A stretch of 64,000 bases of DNA from assembly GCF_009914755.1 (NCBI RefSeq), contig NC_060937.1; one strand, written 5' to 3'. Below are positions 42,702 to 59,344 of the stretch, one piece after another. Below the pieces are notes generated by a model, which saw nothing but the letters and a program-made list of their open reading frames with translations, searched no databases and was not told the DNA's origin. The DNA comes from the human T2T-CHM13v2.0 reference genome, Homo sapiens. Each line of letters begins with the position of its first letter. The stretch's first letter is position 1. Made by a program: the position numbers and the translations under genes.

Positions 42702-42844
42702 CCAAGTTATTGCTTAGCTCTATAATTATTCTTAAGTTTTTATACTTTGAATTTTCCATCAGTGTTTCCTCTGATTTCCCATGCCCTGTGAACCTCATGA
42801 TTTCTTTGAAGAAAGAAATAGAAGTTGTAAAACTTTAGTTTTCA

Positions 42845-42932
42845 CCCTTTTACCATCTAGCTGTGTGATCTCATGCAATTCAGTTAACCATTGTGCTGTA
42901 AGGTCTAAATCTATCAAGTGAGAAAAATAATG
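42845..42932 (+). mobile_element. MIR fragment
   Basis: ctagctgtgtgatctcatgcaattcagttaacc. Confidence 0.5.
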
Positions 42933-43044
42933 CTGGGTCAATCTATTTCAATTAATGCTGTTTTTTCATGACATTTGGTTGTAGTTGTTAAAGTTTTTGA
43001 TAAAGTGTTCTAAACATACACACCATGTCTGCAATGCCCTCTCA

Positions 43045-43605
43045 CCTTTCTGACATTCTCTATTGTCCTGAGTTCTTGAGTAGGCCCTCTGTAACAAAAG
43101 CTAACAAGAGAAAAACAAGCAATTTTATCAATATGTGTATCATGCATGTAATGTAACTGATAGAGGAGTACCCAGAAATGTAACTGATAGAGGTGGCTTA
43201 GAACTCTGACTTATATGGCATTTTCAATAAGGAACAACAAATTTTTAGAGAAATGACAAGACAAAAAAAAGTATCTTGAGTCTCTAGGGACAGCAAATTG
43301 TAGGAAAGCAAATATGTGTGGAAAACTAGTGTTAGATAAAGGCTAATTAATGAAATGTTATGTAGGTTCTTCTAGTGCTGTTTGCAAGCTATTAAGGGTC
43401 TAAAGTTGTCTCTGGTAATTAACTTTTGTCCTTCTTTGAAGAAAGAGGAAGTGGGACACGTTTGCAATTTTTTTTTCTACTTTTAGGCAAATAGAAAAAT
43501 GACAGAAGTTTTCTTGTATTTGCTCCTTCCTAGTTGCCTTCAGCTCAAAATAATCCTTATTCCAAAGTGGTATCTTTTGGGGTGGCCCATTTTTGCCACA
43601 CTTCA
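43045..43605 (-). mobile_element. MER34-family LTR
   Basis: Reverse complement starts tgaag...gccaccccaaaagataccactttggaataaggattattttgagctgaaggcaa. Confidence 0.75.
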
Positions 43606-45384
43606 CAGTCAATTACTCTTTTTTAAAACCCATTTTAAGTATCACCTCATATTTTAGAACTTTTCCAAAGACCAAAAAGTGAATTAACTGTTTCATTACA
43701 TTTTCTTCTCCTTTTAAAACATTTTATCTATTACTATTTTATAACACTTACCCTGTTGCATTGTAATTTATGTGTTTATAATGCATTTTTAACACACAAG
43801 AATCTTACCTGCATAGTAGCAGAAATAGTGTCACATAATTTCATTATCAGTGAATCCCTGGTGCATCTGCACAGAGTCTGGAATACATTAGACGTTCTGT
43901 TAACAAATTAGGTAAATAAATGAAAGTGAATTAAATGTAAGCAAACTTGGGATTTAAAATTGTGATTTTCAAGAAAACTATTCAAAAAAAGGGATATTTA
44001 TTAATATTTGATATTAAACTATGCATATTTTTCAATTTCTTAAAAAAGATAATATTTTTACTTAAGATATAAACTAAACACATGCTAAAGATTTTGTTTA
44101 ACTAATGAATCATTGAAAGAACAAGGCTCTCATTGATTTGATTTCACATTGATGAAATGATTGATTTCATTTTTTTGAAATGGTTATAGCCATTTCAAAA
44201 AAAGAATACCAACAACAGACATATTTTTGTTTAGAAATACTGACATGAATGTACAAATGTGTGGCAAAATTGTTCCCCTGTTCCCCTGACAACCCCCACC
44301 CTCTGTCACAGGGAGGAATAAGTTATTCTTCCACTAGACATAATTGATTTGCATGTCTATATACAATAATTATTTTGTTCTCTATCAGTCATCAACAACT
44401 TGCAGTATTATAAAAAATCTCCCATGTAATCAATGTATGGTTTTGCACTGAACCACAAATTACTGCCTACAATATAAAAGCCACAAATGGTCAAAGCCTA
44501 GCTGTATTTCCCTCTCCTCAGTAACAAAAAATTGGTAAATATTAGCTGGAGGAAAATTTAAAATCCTTGGCTGTGTTGATGGACAATTTTTCTGTGTATA
44601 AATACATTGGAATAACTATTTGAGGAAAATTTGTATGAAGGGATTTTGCAGGTAATGCCAGCAAGGTCGATGTCAGCTTAGATTAACTACGGCTTGGTAT
44701 CTGTCAACCAAATTAGTGCTGCCTAGGAGGGAAGTTTAACCTGAGCACTGAACACTTCAGGAAGGTTTTCCTTCATGAATCAGCAATTCTCTTCACCCCC
44801 TTTTTTCTCTCCAAGGTCAAAAGGGTTTTTCTATCCCTGTAGGCCGATGCCCCGATGTTACTTGCCAACTTGTTTATACCCTTTAGTAGCAGCTGACAAG
44901 TAACTTGTTGCCCACTGTTATTTTAATCTCTAGTGATGAATTACAATTCAGTGAAATTTACAAGAAGCATCACATTAAACCTGTGTGAGTGTGTGTGTTA
45001 CATAAAATTTTAGCATATGTAGGACACAGGTCTTTTCTGAATACACCATTTTATTATACTAAAATGTGGAATGTTTTATTAAAAGGAAATTTAAAATGGA
45101 TCTCAACTGAATTGTGACCTGATCACAGAATCCATAGTTGAAGTCTATTATGCAATTGAATGAGAAATTTAAGCAGATGTGTGTTCGCACAGTTCTGACA
45201 ATCCTTCCCTAGATGTTGAGCAAAAGAAGAAAATTTAAGAATATTTTATTAGATATTGGCCATGCTTTAAAAATGTTCCAAAGAACTGAAAGGTTTTGAA
45301 TATTTTCTATTAATGATAATATGGGAGGGCCTTGTGATTGTTGACTTCTTGCAACTTGTAATTGTTGACTTCTTTCTTCATGTA

Positions 45385-45835
45385 AGTGGCAGTTATGGAG
45401 GTGCATTCTACTTCTGCAAGAAGTATAGTTAGCTGAGAGGCTACAGCTGAAGCACCTGCAGGATCCACTGCAATGTTGTAGCAAAGGTCTTGCTTTTTCA
45501 GAACAGTGCCAGCCAGACTGAGAAGGATGGTCTTCTATGACCTGGCTACTTTTTTCCAAATGGGGACTCTTCTATGAAAGAATCTTTGGGCTTTGCCCTT
45601 TCAGCTCTCTGGGACATTCTCAGATCTGCTCTGCAGTCAAAGGTGCTTCTTACCCAATCTGCCTCGCTTCTGCCTCTCCTTTCACATGTGTCAAACTTGA
45701 GTGGTGGTCCTTAGGTTTTTCGTGCTGAATGTCTGCTCCCTTTCCTCTATCTTTCGCTGATGCCATCCCCAATAAATATTTTACACTTCCATTTTAGTGT
45801 AGGCATCTGCTTTCTAGAAGATCCAAACAGATACA
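45385..45835 (+). mobile_element. ERVL-class LTR (LTR40/LTR16-like)
   Basis: Ends ccccaataaatattttacacttcc...ggcatctgctttctagaagatccaaacagataca. Confidence 0.6.
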
Positions 45836-46072
45836 GTGTATTATCTACAAATAGAAGATAGTATTCATATCATTACTATATATACACAAGCACATATACA
45901 CATATGTATAAATTTCTCTCTATATATAGAGAGAGAGATTTTATATGTTTTCATATAAACCTTTGTATCATTCATGAGGTAGATTAGTCTATTTCCATAA
46001 TACAATTAAAATATTTTAGGCTCAGAGATGTATACATAATTGCCTATGCTTACAAGATAACAAACATATGAC

Positions 46073-46775
46073 TACCGTAGTCCCCACTTATCCATAGCAT
46101 TACTTGCCACAGTTTTAGTTACCATAGTTTAACAATAGTAAGTGAAAATTTTCAGAAATACACATCCCATGATTTTTAAACTGCATGTCATTCTGAGTAG
46201 CATGACAATATCTCACCTGTATTAGTCCATTTTCATATGGCTGTAAAGAACTGCCTGAGACTGGGTAATTTATAAAGGAAAGAGGTTTAATTGATTCACG
46301 TTTCCACATGGCTGGGGAGGCCTCAGGAAACTTAGGATCATGGCGGAAGCCACCTCTTCACAGGCTGGCAGGGGAGAGAACAAGTGCCAGCAGGGGAAAT
46401 GCCAGACACTTACGAAAAATCTTATGAGAACTCACTATCACAAGAACAGCATGGGGGAAACTGCCACCATGATTCAGTTACCTCCAACCAGGTCCTTCTC
46501 ATGACATGTGGGGATTATTACAATTCAAGATGAGATTTGGGTGGGCACACAAAGCCAAACCATATCATCACCCCATCTGGCTCCATCCCACTAAGCAAAT
46601 AAATTATCTTTTTTTCTAGCATTTCCGTACTGTGTATACTACCCATTCATTTGTCACATGGTAGCCTCTCAGCTATCACATGAAAAACAATATAAATAGG
46701 GTTCAGTACTATTCATGGTTTCAGGTACTCATTGGAAGTCTGCAGTGTATCCCCCATGGATAAAGGTGGAGAGTA
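46073..46775 (+). mobile_element. MER44 (Tigger7-derived) DNA transposon, split by a THE1 LTR
   Basis: Degenerate TIRs cgtagtccccacttatcca ... tggataaaggtggagagta; internal tttaaactgcatgtcattctgagtagc and gggttcagtactattcatggtttcagg. Confidence 0.75.
46218..46567 (-). mobile_element. THE1 (THE1C/D-like) solo LTR
   Basis: tgtattagtccattttc...gccaaaccatatca; TSD tcacc at 46213-46217 and 46568-46572. Confidence 0.95.
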
Positions 46776-47694
46776 TATATATTTCATATCCTTAATCATT
46801 GTAGGTTATATGGTTAGAAGAATGTTAATAGTTTCTATCCAATACAAAGTTGCTTTGCTATTTATACAAAAAGATAAAAGTTATTAAATTTTAAGTTATT
46901 ATAGTTTTTCATTCTCTTCCAATCATAACAAACATTTGACTTCTGAATCAAGGATGGATGAGGGCACAAGTAAAAAGACAAAAGCCAAAGACTATACTTG
47001 CTTTACATAAGAAAGAGCTAAGCCACAGGGAATGAGTGAAAGATTGGAGCACAATACAGTCTGGAGATTGGGAGTAAATAAAGACTGGAATTGGTCTTTC
47101 AATTACTCTTTCTTATCAGACTTATTTTATAAGCCTGCTGCTTAGAATAGATACTATAATATGAGGAGTTCGGACTTCAGACTACACCATTCAAACCCTA
47201 TTTCTCTTTCATATTCTTACCCTTCCAGTCAACGTGGAAATATGGAAAGGGGAGAAAATAACTGAACTATTTATATCAGTGAGTGGTTAGAAGGATCCAA
47301 TACTTGAGCAATTATTATACTTTGTACTTTTCTTGCTTCCAGAGTGTTTGATAACTTAGAAGCTGGATATAAACTGCTTGCTTTTGCATTAGTTTTTTGA
47401 CCTTCAGTTGCACAGTTTAAATTTTCTTTGCATGTTATGTGTTCAAATAAAAGCCTACATAGGAGTGAAGACAAATGTTACCTAATTAAAGTGGGTGGAG
47501 ATTGCCAAATGCATATAAACAAATCCTAGGAAAGAATTCAGTTATATGAGAGTGAACTTCTTGTAAAAATTGTAAAAGAGAAAATTAGCTTTTATTGGTT
47601 CTCATTCTTCTTTTTTACATAGATCTTCTTCAAGATTTTAGAATATTGGTAATTCTTCACTGCTTAATTTGCCTGCTGCTATTTTTATTATTCA

Positions 47695-47950
47695 TACAGA
47701 AGAGGCTCTCTCTGCCTACACTGTCCTATCATCTTTCTTCTGTCTAGTTAATATCTACTTATTCTATGAAATTATCCTCATACCGCATGCTAATTCCCCT
47801 CTTCTCCTATAGCAGTTTACTTTTATTTTTCAATACACTTCTCTTTTCCATTAAACTTAAAATATTCAAAGGCATGGCTTTTTCATCTTGTTTCTTCAAT
47901 ACCTGACTGGAGTAGCCAGCAAATCCTCACACTGGCATTTAATTACTTCA
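47695..47950 (+). mobile_element. L2 3' fragment
   Basis: tctgtctagttaatatctacttattct...ttaaacttaaaatattcaaaggca. Confidence 0.4.
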
Positions 47951-49185
47951 GAATATGTCACTATTTTAAATTTCCAAACTTACCATTCAATTATCTGTCA
48001 TATAGACTCTGACTCATTCAGGCTAGTCCATTTACCATGCAAAGTGTATCAGAATATAATTATTTAAAAAAATTTCCTAGTCAAAATAATCCACGTTCTA
48101 AATCACTTCTCTATTACATTCACTATTCTTTCCAAGACGGCATTTTTATTCCTTTCCCACCTTTTCATATACCACTGACTTTTTTCAGTGCTAAAGGGAA
48201 GTCTCACCTTCTCCATAACCTTGCGCTTTTATTCCAGATTATATTGACCATCTTTTTCTTTTGACCTCATGGTCTTTTCTATTTAAATCATTCATTGACA
48301 CTAAGTATTATTTATTTTCAGCATTCTTTATATTGGTCTTGTTGTATTGTTGGTTTGGTAGTATTTTTGTGGGGGAGGTGTGTGTGTGTGTCGGTGTGAG
48401 TATTATACCTAAATTATATGTTGTAAACCAAAAATATATATGAGATTTTATTCAAGTATCTTTAATTGGGGGCAGATGGCCAGTGGGGAATCTGTAAGAG
48501 AAGAATGTATGTTTCTTGTGAAGAAACTCAGTAGAAACACCAACAGTAGAAGGAAAAGAATGAGGAGGTTTGGGCTTTTGCATGGGGGAGGGGAGCATGT
48601 GCAGAGATGAGGTTGGCAGTGGCAGAATCATCACAGCTTCCTGTGTAGTTTAACTTCATGTGAGCAGTTTATAATTGAGAAGAGAAGAGAAATACTAGCC
48701 AAGGTGGCACGAGGTAGCAAAAACCAAGCCAGCAGCCTGAATTCTCTTGCTAAGGAAAGCACTTCTCTTTTGTAGAAAGCCAGCATCTACAGCCAGCAAC
48801 AGTAGTAATGATAAGAGTGAAGTGTTCTACCTTGTCACTTGGAACTATGGGTACCAGGACAACATAAGACTGCAATGAATGAGTTATTTAATCCAGATAA
48901 AATTTAGACCAACTCGGGTAACTCCACAAATGATGGAGCGTTAAATGGCACAAGAACATGACGTGGGTGGTATTTTTAACCCTATAAGAACAAGTAATTT
49001 TTGCTTAATTATGTTGTATAAGTACAGATTACTATCACCTAAAAGCATGCTTAATAACATTTCAAAATATTTTAAAAAGTTATTATTTAACTTGTAACTT
49101 TTTTTTTCTGTAAGTATATTAGGTCTTCAAATATATTCTAAGACATATTGTTGTTATTTCTGTACATATGTAGTAAAAAATAAAG

Positions 49186-49231
49186 ACAAGATGTTTTGTG
49201 TGGGCTTTACAAGATGTTTTGCGTGGGCTTT
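49186..49231. repeat. 23-bp tandem duplication (1 mismatch)
   Basis: acaagatgttttgtgtgggcttt / acaagatgttttgcgtgggcttt. Confidence 0.9.
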
Positions 49232-49851
49232 TTTTGCTCAGCTTTATTATTAACTACTGATGTGACTTTGGATAATTTACAGTAAAAATAGATTATAAAT
49301 ATTATTTGCATCTCATTGAATTAATTCTAGTAAAGTTAGACAATTAGTATAGACATACTATGAAACTCATACAAACTACAAGAATCACAGAATTTTATGT
49401 TTCTCACAAAAAATAGCAGTCTCATTTATTTAATAGGTAATGATGCAAAAATTATTGAATAATAGGTGAGAAAGTGAGAGGTAAATGTAACAGCAAAAAA
49501 ATACATAACACAGCAAGAATTATGTAGGCTAATTAAGTTAACTAGGATTGATCAACATTAATCCACAGTCCACATCCTGGATGTAACATTTGAAATACCA
49601 AAATGTTACTACATCACTTCTCTAAGCAACTAGCTATCTAACAATTGGATCACTGTGAGTAAACTCAAATGAAATGCTCAAGTCAGAAAGATACTAAATG
49701 ACTGAGGCACAATTCTACTTAATAGAATATCAACAGGTTCAAGTTAAATATCATCTGATTCTTTGGCAAGTGTAATTTGGGGTGGGTGGGTGGAAGGGAA
49801 ATCAGATAATCTAAATGAAACTGTTTTATTGTATGAATTTCTCCTCTCAGC

Positions 49852-50292
49852 TGTCAAACTTCAATCATGAGAATCAGAAAATATGATTAAATATAGACTT
49901 CATTGGGGTGCAGAGCTTGAGGATAGCACCTGGAGGACACAGACTCCAAATGAATAAGTGAAGTTAAAGTTTCACCTTTATAGGCAGAGACAGAAAACTT
50001 TTAGCAGGATCACATTTTTTGTAAGAGACTAGCACATATGTCATAGTAATTTGGTTGGCTACAGGTTGCTACATTCCAAGAAAGATTACGTTATTACTAT
50101 ATGAGGAGGGGCAGTGATCTGGGGCGGGAGGTCTTATCTCTGATGCTGCTTGGTTTTAGCTATTTAAAGGGAAAAAAAGGTAGAAGTTGCAGCTGCATGC
50201 CACATGACTCAAGCCACATAGCAACACTCCTTTCAAGGCTCAGAATAATTTAACATTCCAACAGCTTTAAATTTGAATTATTTTATTTCCTA
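49852..50292 (-). mobile_element. Probable ERV1-class LTR (subfamily not assigned)
   Basis: gcttgaggatagcacctgg..acacagactccaa, ccttataggcaga-like TATA region, atttggttggctaca (reverse CCAAT-like); composition shift from flanks. Confidence 0.45.
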
Positions 50293-52489
50293 TGGCAAAT
50301 GGAGAAATTTCAAACTAGATAATTGATACTGAACATTTAATATGTGCAAAGTTTCTCTTCTGGATAATGTTATTTAAAGTTACTTTTTAAAGACTCTTAT
50401 TAATGAATTACCAAAAAGTATTAGCCAATATTTAAGTAATAGTGTAGCTAAGTAGACTGCATTTTTTGTTTGATGTTTTGCATCATTCACATTGACTGTC
50501 AAATCTAGTGACAGCACATTTCAGTTTAATACCAAGTTCTTGATGACTTCCTCAGCAGTATGTGCATTGCTATCCATCCTTCTAGGAAGGGTTACACTAT
50601 TGATGCCCAATCAATCACAATGTATGATAAAGTATACCAACTTAATTCACAAAAGATGGCATTTCTTGAACTTATCCCTCATTCTGAAGTTCCTTGGGAT
50701 AGCGAGTGAATAGTCCCCTGAAGTTGAGAAAACCACATGACCTTACAGTGTGAAATCTACCCTATTCAGGGTGGCTATTCATCTCATGGATATTAGACTT
50801 TCTAAATAGATTAGCTCTTTCTGAATAGAATAGTTTCATTAAGAATTATAATTGCATGTTTTGTCCTGCTACTACTAAGTGTGTAAACTCAGTGATGCAA
50901 AATTATTAAAAATCCACATCTTATTTTATCACCAGCTTTCATCCTAAGTTTCCAACAAATCTTGATAATGGATAAACATATTCAGTCATTTACTGAGTAC
51001 ATAACAGGATTTCAGCTAGATGAGACCTGGCAGGTTACTTTCCACACTTAAAATCATATGACTTTACTCATACCATTTATCGCAGCTTAGATAAGTTGGA
51101 ATTCCTAAAGGTAAAGGGTGGGAAATTAAAAATAAAGAAATTTCATTGACATTGTAAGATAAGGGTACTTATGGCGACGGAATTGGACCCATACAGCAAA
51201 AGTAATGTAAGTTTTCTTTTTTGAATCTTTAAGTCAGAGATATGACAACAACCCATTTAGATGTTCAGTGATGGATTTTTAGCTAGAAATCCCAACACTT
51301 TGGTGCTGTGAATTACATTTGTGTGAAATTTACTTTTGCCTATTTTTTTTTCTTCTTGCCAACATTGGTTTAAAGCATAAGCAATATCTTTAGTGTTTTA
51401 GATAAGAGGTAGGCAGATAGTTACATTTATATTCAGTTCTGTATAATGGTAAAAAATTTATTTAACTGCTTAGGATTTTTTGATAGTGTCAAAATTCGTA
51501 GTTTGAATAGGTATATCTTTTTTACCATATGCAAAGCAGAGATTTCAGTGGATAGAAAGGGAAACCTTCCATGAAATAGAGAAGACAGGTTAGGCAAAGA
51601 ATAAAGAACAGATGCTTAGGAATAAATAAACAATTTTGTTGGTGAGTGTTGTTACCAAATTATAATCAATTCAAGTCACTAAATTGGACTATTTTATGGT
51701 GCTATTGAAAATTATACTTACTTGGATAGTAAAAGAAAAGACTAGATAGGGATTAAATGTTTTACTATGTTCCCTGATTCTTCCAGAATTTGTGTCAAGT
51801 GCAAGCTTATGAAACAAAGTGCCAACTTACAGGACTTTTACTCTCTGCAGTGATTTGTCTATGTTATGACTTTCTAAATGTTTCAAGATTTTACCATATG
51901 ATCTCAGTTCTCAAAAACAAAATTATGTATGCTATCTTAATGAATAATCACCAAATGAAGGTTAGTATACTACATACAAAAATACATATAAAAATAATAA
52001 TAAAAAATTCTGGAACTTAAAAAAGATTAGGCAGTCTGTTCATATACATGTTACAATGCTGTTTTAAATGAATTTTTTTGAATCATACACATTGGCTATC
52101 TCATACATTCCCATTCCATCTTATCTTCACATCACATTCTCCCCTGACTGCTTGGACCATTGCATTTATCGCTAACCCACTCTGATTTATTCCTTGTCCA
52201 TATCTTTGGCTTTCATGCTTTTGTTATTTCCATGCTAGCTATGCTATTGAAGAGGGCATTTCTGATCTCCAGGAGCAATGCTTAAAACCCCCCGCTTCTA
52301 AACCTTGAGCTGTTTCATCTGGACCTATTTACTTTAGGGGCTATTACCTGGACCAAAGTTTTGAGTGAGGATAGTTATATTGTAACTATTTAATGCTCTG
52401 TGTGTATAGAGATTTTTTGATAAAATTATAATATTTGTCATCATTTACCCACTAATACCGTCTATTAGCATTATTTTCATATATACCTT

Positions 52490-52646
52490 TGCTATGATTT
52501 AATGTCCTCTCCAAAACTCATGTGGAAATTTAATCTCCATTGTAATGCCACTAAGAGATGGGGCCTTTGTAAAGTAATTAGGATTAAATTAGGACATCAG
52601 GGTGGGACCCCCATGATAGTACTGGAGGCTACATAAGCAGAGGAAG
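52490..52646 (+). mobile_element. MST (MSTD-like) LTR, 5' part
   Basis: tgctatgatttaatgtcctctccaaaactcatgtggaaatttaat...catcagggtgggacccccatgat; continues at 60176. Confidence 0.8.
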
Positions 52647-52946
52647 GCCATATGGTAGTTTTTTTTTTTTTTCCGTACTAGTTCTGAACATGAGCTCTCT
52701 TTCTTTTTTTCCTGCTTCTTTTTTTTAAAATTTTTTAAAAAAATTATACTTTAAGTTCTAGGGTACCTATGCACAACATGCAGGTTTGTTACATACATAT
52801 ACATGTGCCATGTTGGTGCGCTGCACCCATTAACTCGTCATTTAAATTAGGTATATCTCTGAATGCTATCCCTCCCTCCTCCTCCCACCCCACAACAGGC
52901 CCCATTGTGGGATGTTCCCCACCCTGTGTCCAAGTGTTCTGATTGT

Positions 52947-56804
<3,858 letters not shown>

Positions 56805-56867
56805 TATGATGTTAGCTCGTTATTTTGCTTGTTAGTTGATACAGTTTCTTCCTAGCATTGATGATCT

Positions 56868-57896
56868 TTACAATTTGGCATGATTTTACAGTGGCTGGTA
56901 CTTGTTGTTCCTTTCCATGTTTAGTGCTTCCTTCAGGAGCTCTTGTAAGGCAGTCCTGGTGGTAACAAAATCTGTCAGCATTTGCTTGTCCCTAAAGGAT
57001 TTTATTTCTCCTTCAATTATGATGCTTAGTTTGGCTGGATAGGAAATTCTGGGTTGAAAATTCTTTTCTTTAAGAATGTTGAATATTGGCCCCCATTTTC
57101 TTCTGGCTTGTAGAGTTTCTGCTGAGAGATCAGCTGTTAGTCTGATGGGCTTCCCTTTGTGGGTATCTTGACCTTTCTCTCTGGCTGCACTTAACATTTT
57201 TTTTCTTCATTTCAACTTTGGTGAATCTGACAATTATGTGTCTTGGAGTTGCTCTTCTTGAGGAGTATCTTTGTGGTGTTCTCTGTATTTCCTGAATTTG
57301 AATGTTGGCCTGCCTTGCTAGGTTGGGGAAGTTCTCCTGGATAATACCCTGAAGAGTGTTTTCCAACTTGGTTCCATTCTCTCCATCACTTTCAGGTACA
57401 CCGATCAGATGTAGATTTGCTCTTTGGTCTTTTCACATAGTCCCATATTTCTTGGGGGCTTTGTTCATTTCTTTTTACTCTTTTTTCTCTAAACTTCTCA
57501 CTTCATTTCATTCATTTGATCTTCAATCACTGATAGCCTTCCTTCCACTTGATCGAATCAGCTACTGAAGCTTGTGCATGCATCACGTAGTTCTCATGCC
57601 GTGGTTTTAAGCTCCATCAGGTCATTTAAGGTCTTCTCTATGCTGTTTATTCTGGTTAGCCATTCATCTAATTTTTTTCAAGGTTTTTTAGCTTCTTTGC
57701 AATGGGTTTTAGCATCCTCCTTTAGCTCGGAGTAGTTTGTTATTACTGATTATCTGAAGCCTACTTCCATCAACTCGTCAAAGTCATTCTCTGTCCAGTT
57801 TCACTCCATTGCTGGCGAGGAGCTGCGTTCCCTTAGAGTAAAAGAGGTCCTCTGATTTTCAGAATTTTCTGCTTTTCTGCTCTGATTTCTCCCCAT
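56868..57896 (-). pseudogene. L1 ORF1, disrupted
   Basis: ENTLQGIIQENFPNLARQANIQIQEIQRTPQRYSSRRATPRHIIVRF and KGKPIRLTADLSAETLQARR in separate frames. Confidence 0.92.
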
Positions 57897-58910
57897 CTTT
57901 GTGGTTTTATCTACCTTTGGTCTCTGATGATGGTGACATACAGATGGGGTTTTGGTGTGGACGTCCTTTCTGTTTGTTAGTTTTCCTTCTAATAGTCAGG
58001 ACCCTCAGCTGCAAGTCTGTTGGAGTTTGCTGGGGGTCCACTCCAGACTCTGTTTGCTTGGGTATCACCAGCAGAGGCTGCAGAACAGCAAATATTGAAG
58101 AACAGCAAATGTTGCTGCCTGATCCTTCCTCTGGAAGCTTTGTCTCAGAGGGGCACCCGGCTGTATGAGGTATCAGTCGGCCCCTACTGGGAGGTGTCTC
58201 CCAGTTAGGCTACGCTGGGGTCAAGGACCCACTTAAGAATGCAGTCTGTCCATTCTCAGATCTCAAACTCCATGCTGGGAGAACCACTACTCACTACTCT
58301 CTTCAAAGCTGTCAGACAGAGACGTTTAAGTCTGCAGAGGTTTCTGCTGCTTTTTGTTCAGCTATGCCCTGCCTCTGAGGTGGAGTCTACAGAGACAGGC
58401 AGGCCTCCTTGAGCTGCAGTGGGCTCCACCCAGTTCGAGCTTCCAGGCTGCTTTGTTTATCTACTCAAGCCTCAGCAATGGCAGACACCTCTCCCCCAGC
58501 CTTGCTGCCGCCTTGCAGTTCGATCTCAGACTGCTGTGCTAGCAATGAGTGAGGCTCCACGGGCGTAGGACCCTCTGAGCCAGGCGTGGGATATAATCTC
58601 CTGCTGTGCCATTTGCTAAGACCATTGGAAAAGCACAGTATTAGGGTGGGAGTGTCCCTATTTTCCAGGTACCATCTGTCATGGCTTCCCTTGGCTGGGA
58701 AAGGGAATTCCCCAACCCCTTGCACTTCCTGGGTGAGGCAATGCCCTGCCCTGCTTCGGCTCACACTCCATGGGCTGCACCCACTATCCAATTAGCCCCA
58801 GTGAGATGAACTCGGTACCTCAGCTGGAAATGCAGAAATCACTCGTCTTCTGTGTTGCTCACACTGGGAGCTGAAGACTGGAGCTGTTCCTATTCGGCCA
58901 TCTTGGAACC
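57897..58910 (-). promoter_or_regulatory. L1 5' UTR internal promoter with intact YY1 motif
   Basis: caagatggcc (reverse of 58896-58905) at the L1 5' end; GC-rich but CpG-depleted. Confidence 0.7.
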
Positions 58911-58924
58911 TAATCAGTTTCTAT

Positions 58925-59027
58925 TTTGTTTTGTTTTGTTTTAGTAGAGACGGGGTTTCATCATGTTGGTCAGGCTGGTCTCAAACTCCTGACCTTGTGA
59001 TCCACCCACCTCGGCCTCCCAAAGTGC
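58925..59027 (-). mobile_element. Alu left-arm fragment (5'-truncated) abutting the L1 5' end
   Basis: Reverse complement gcactttgggaggccgaggtgggtggatcacaaggtcaggagtttgagaccagcctgaccaacatgatgaaaccccgtctctactaaaa(caaaa)n. Confidence 0.92.
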
Positions 59028-59344
59028 GCCATATGGTAGTTTTATTTGCAGTTTTTTTAGGCATCTCAATATTGTTCTTTATGGTGGATGAACTAGCTTA
59101 AATTCTTACAGTGTATAAGAGTTCTATTTTCTCCACATTATTGCCAACATTCATTATTTTTTGTCTTTTTGATAAGTCATCCTAACTGGGGGAGATGATA
59201 TCTCATTATAGTTTTGATTTGCACTTTTCTGATGATTAGTGATGTAGAACATTTTTTCATATATTTTTTGTCCATTTTTATGTCTTCTTTTGAGAAATAT
59301 CTATTCCAATTATTTCCTCACTTTTTAATTGGATCATTTAGTTT
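59028..59344 (-). mobile_element. L1MA inverted 5' segment (twin-priming inversion)
   Basis: Antisense ORF2 3' region: gatatctcattatagttttgatttgcac...gtcttcttttgagaaatatctattc. Confidence 0.85.

Noticed and set aside
45915-45934. Palindrome tctctctatatatagagaga
   Set aside because: Trivial product of adjacent (TC)(TA)(GA) microsatellites
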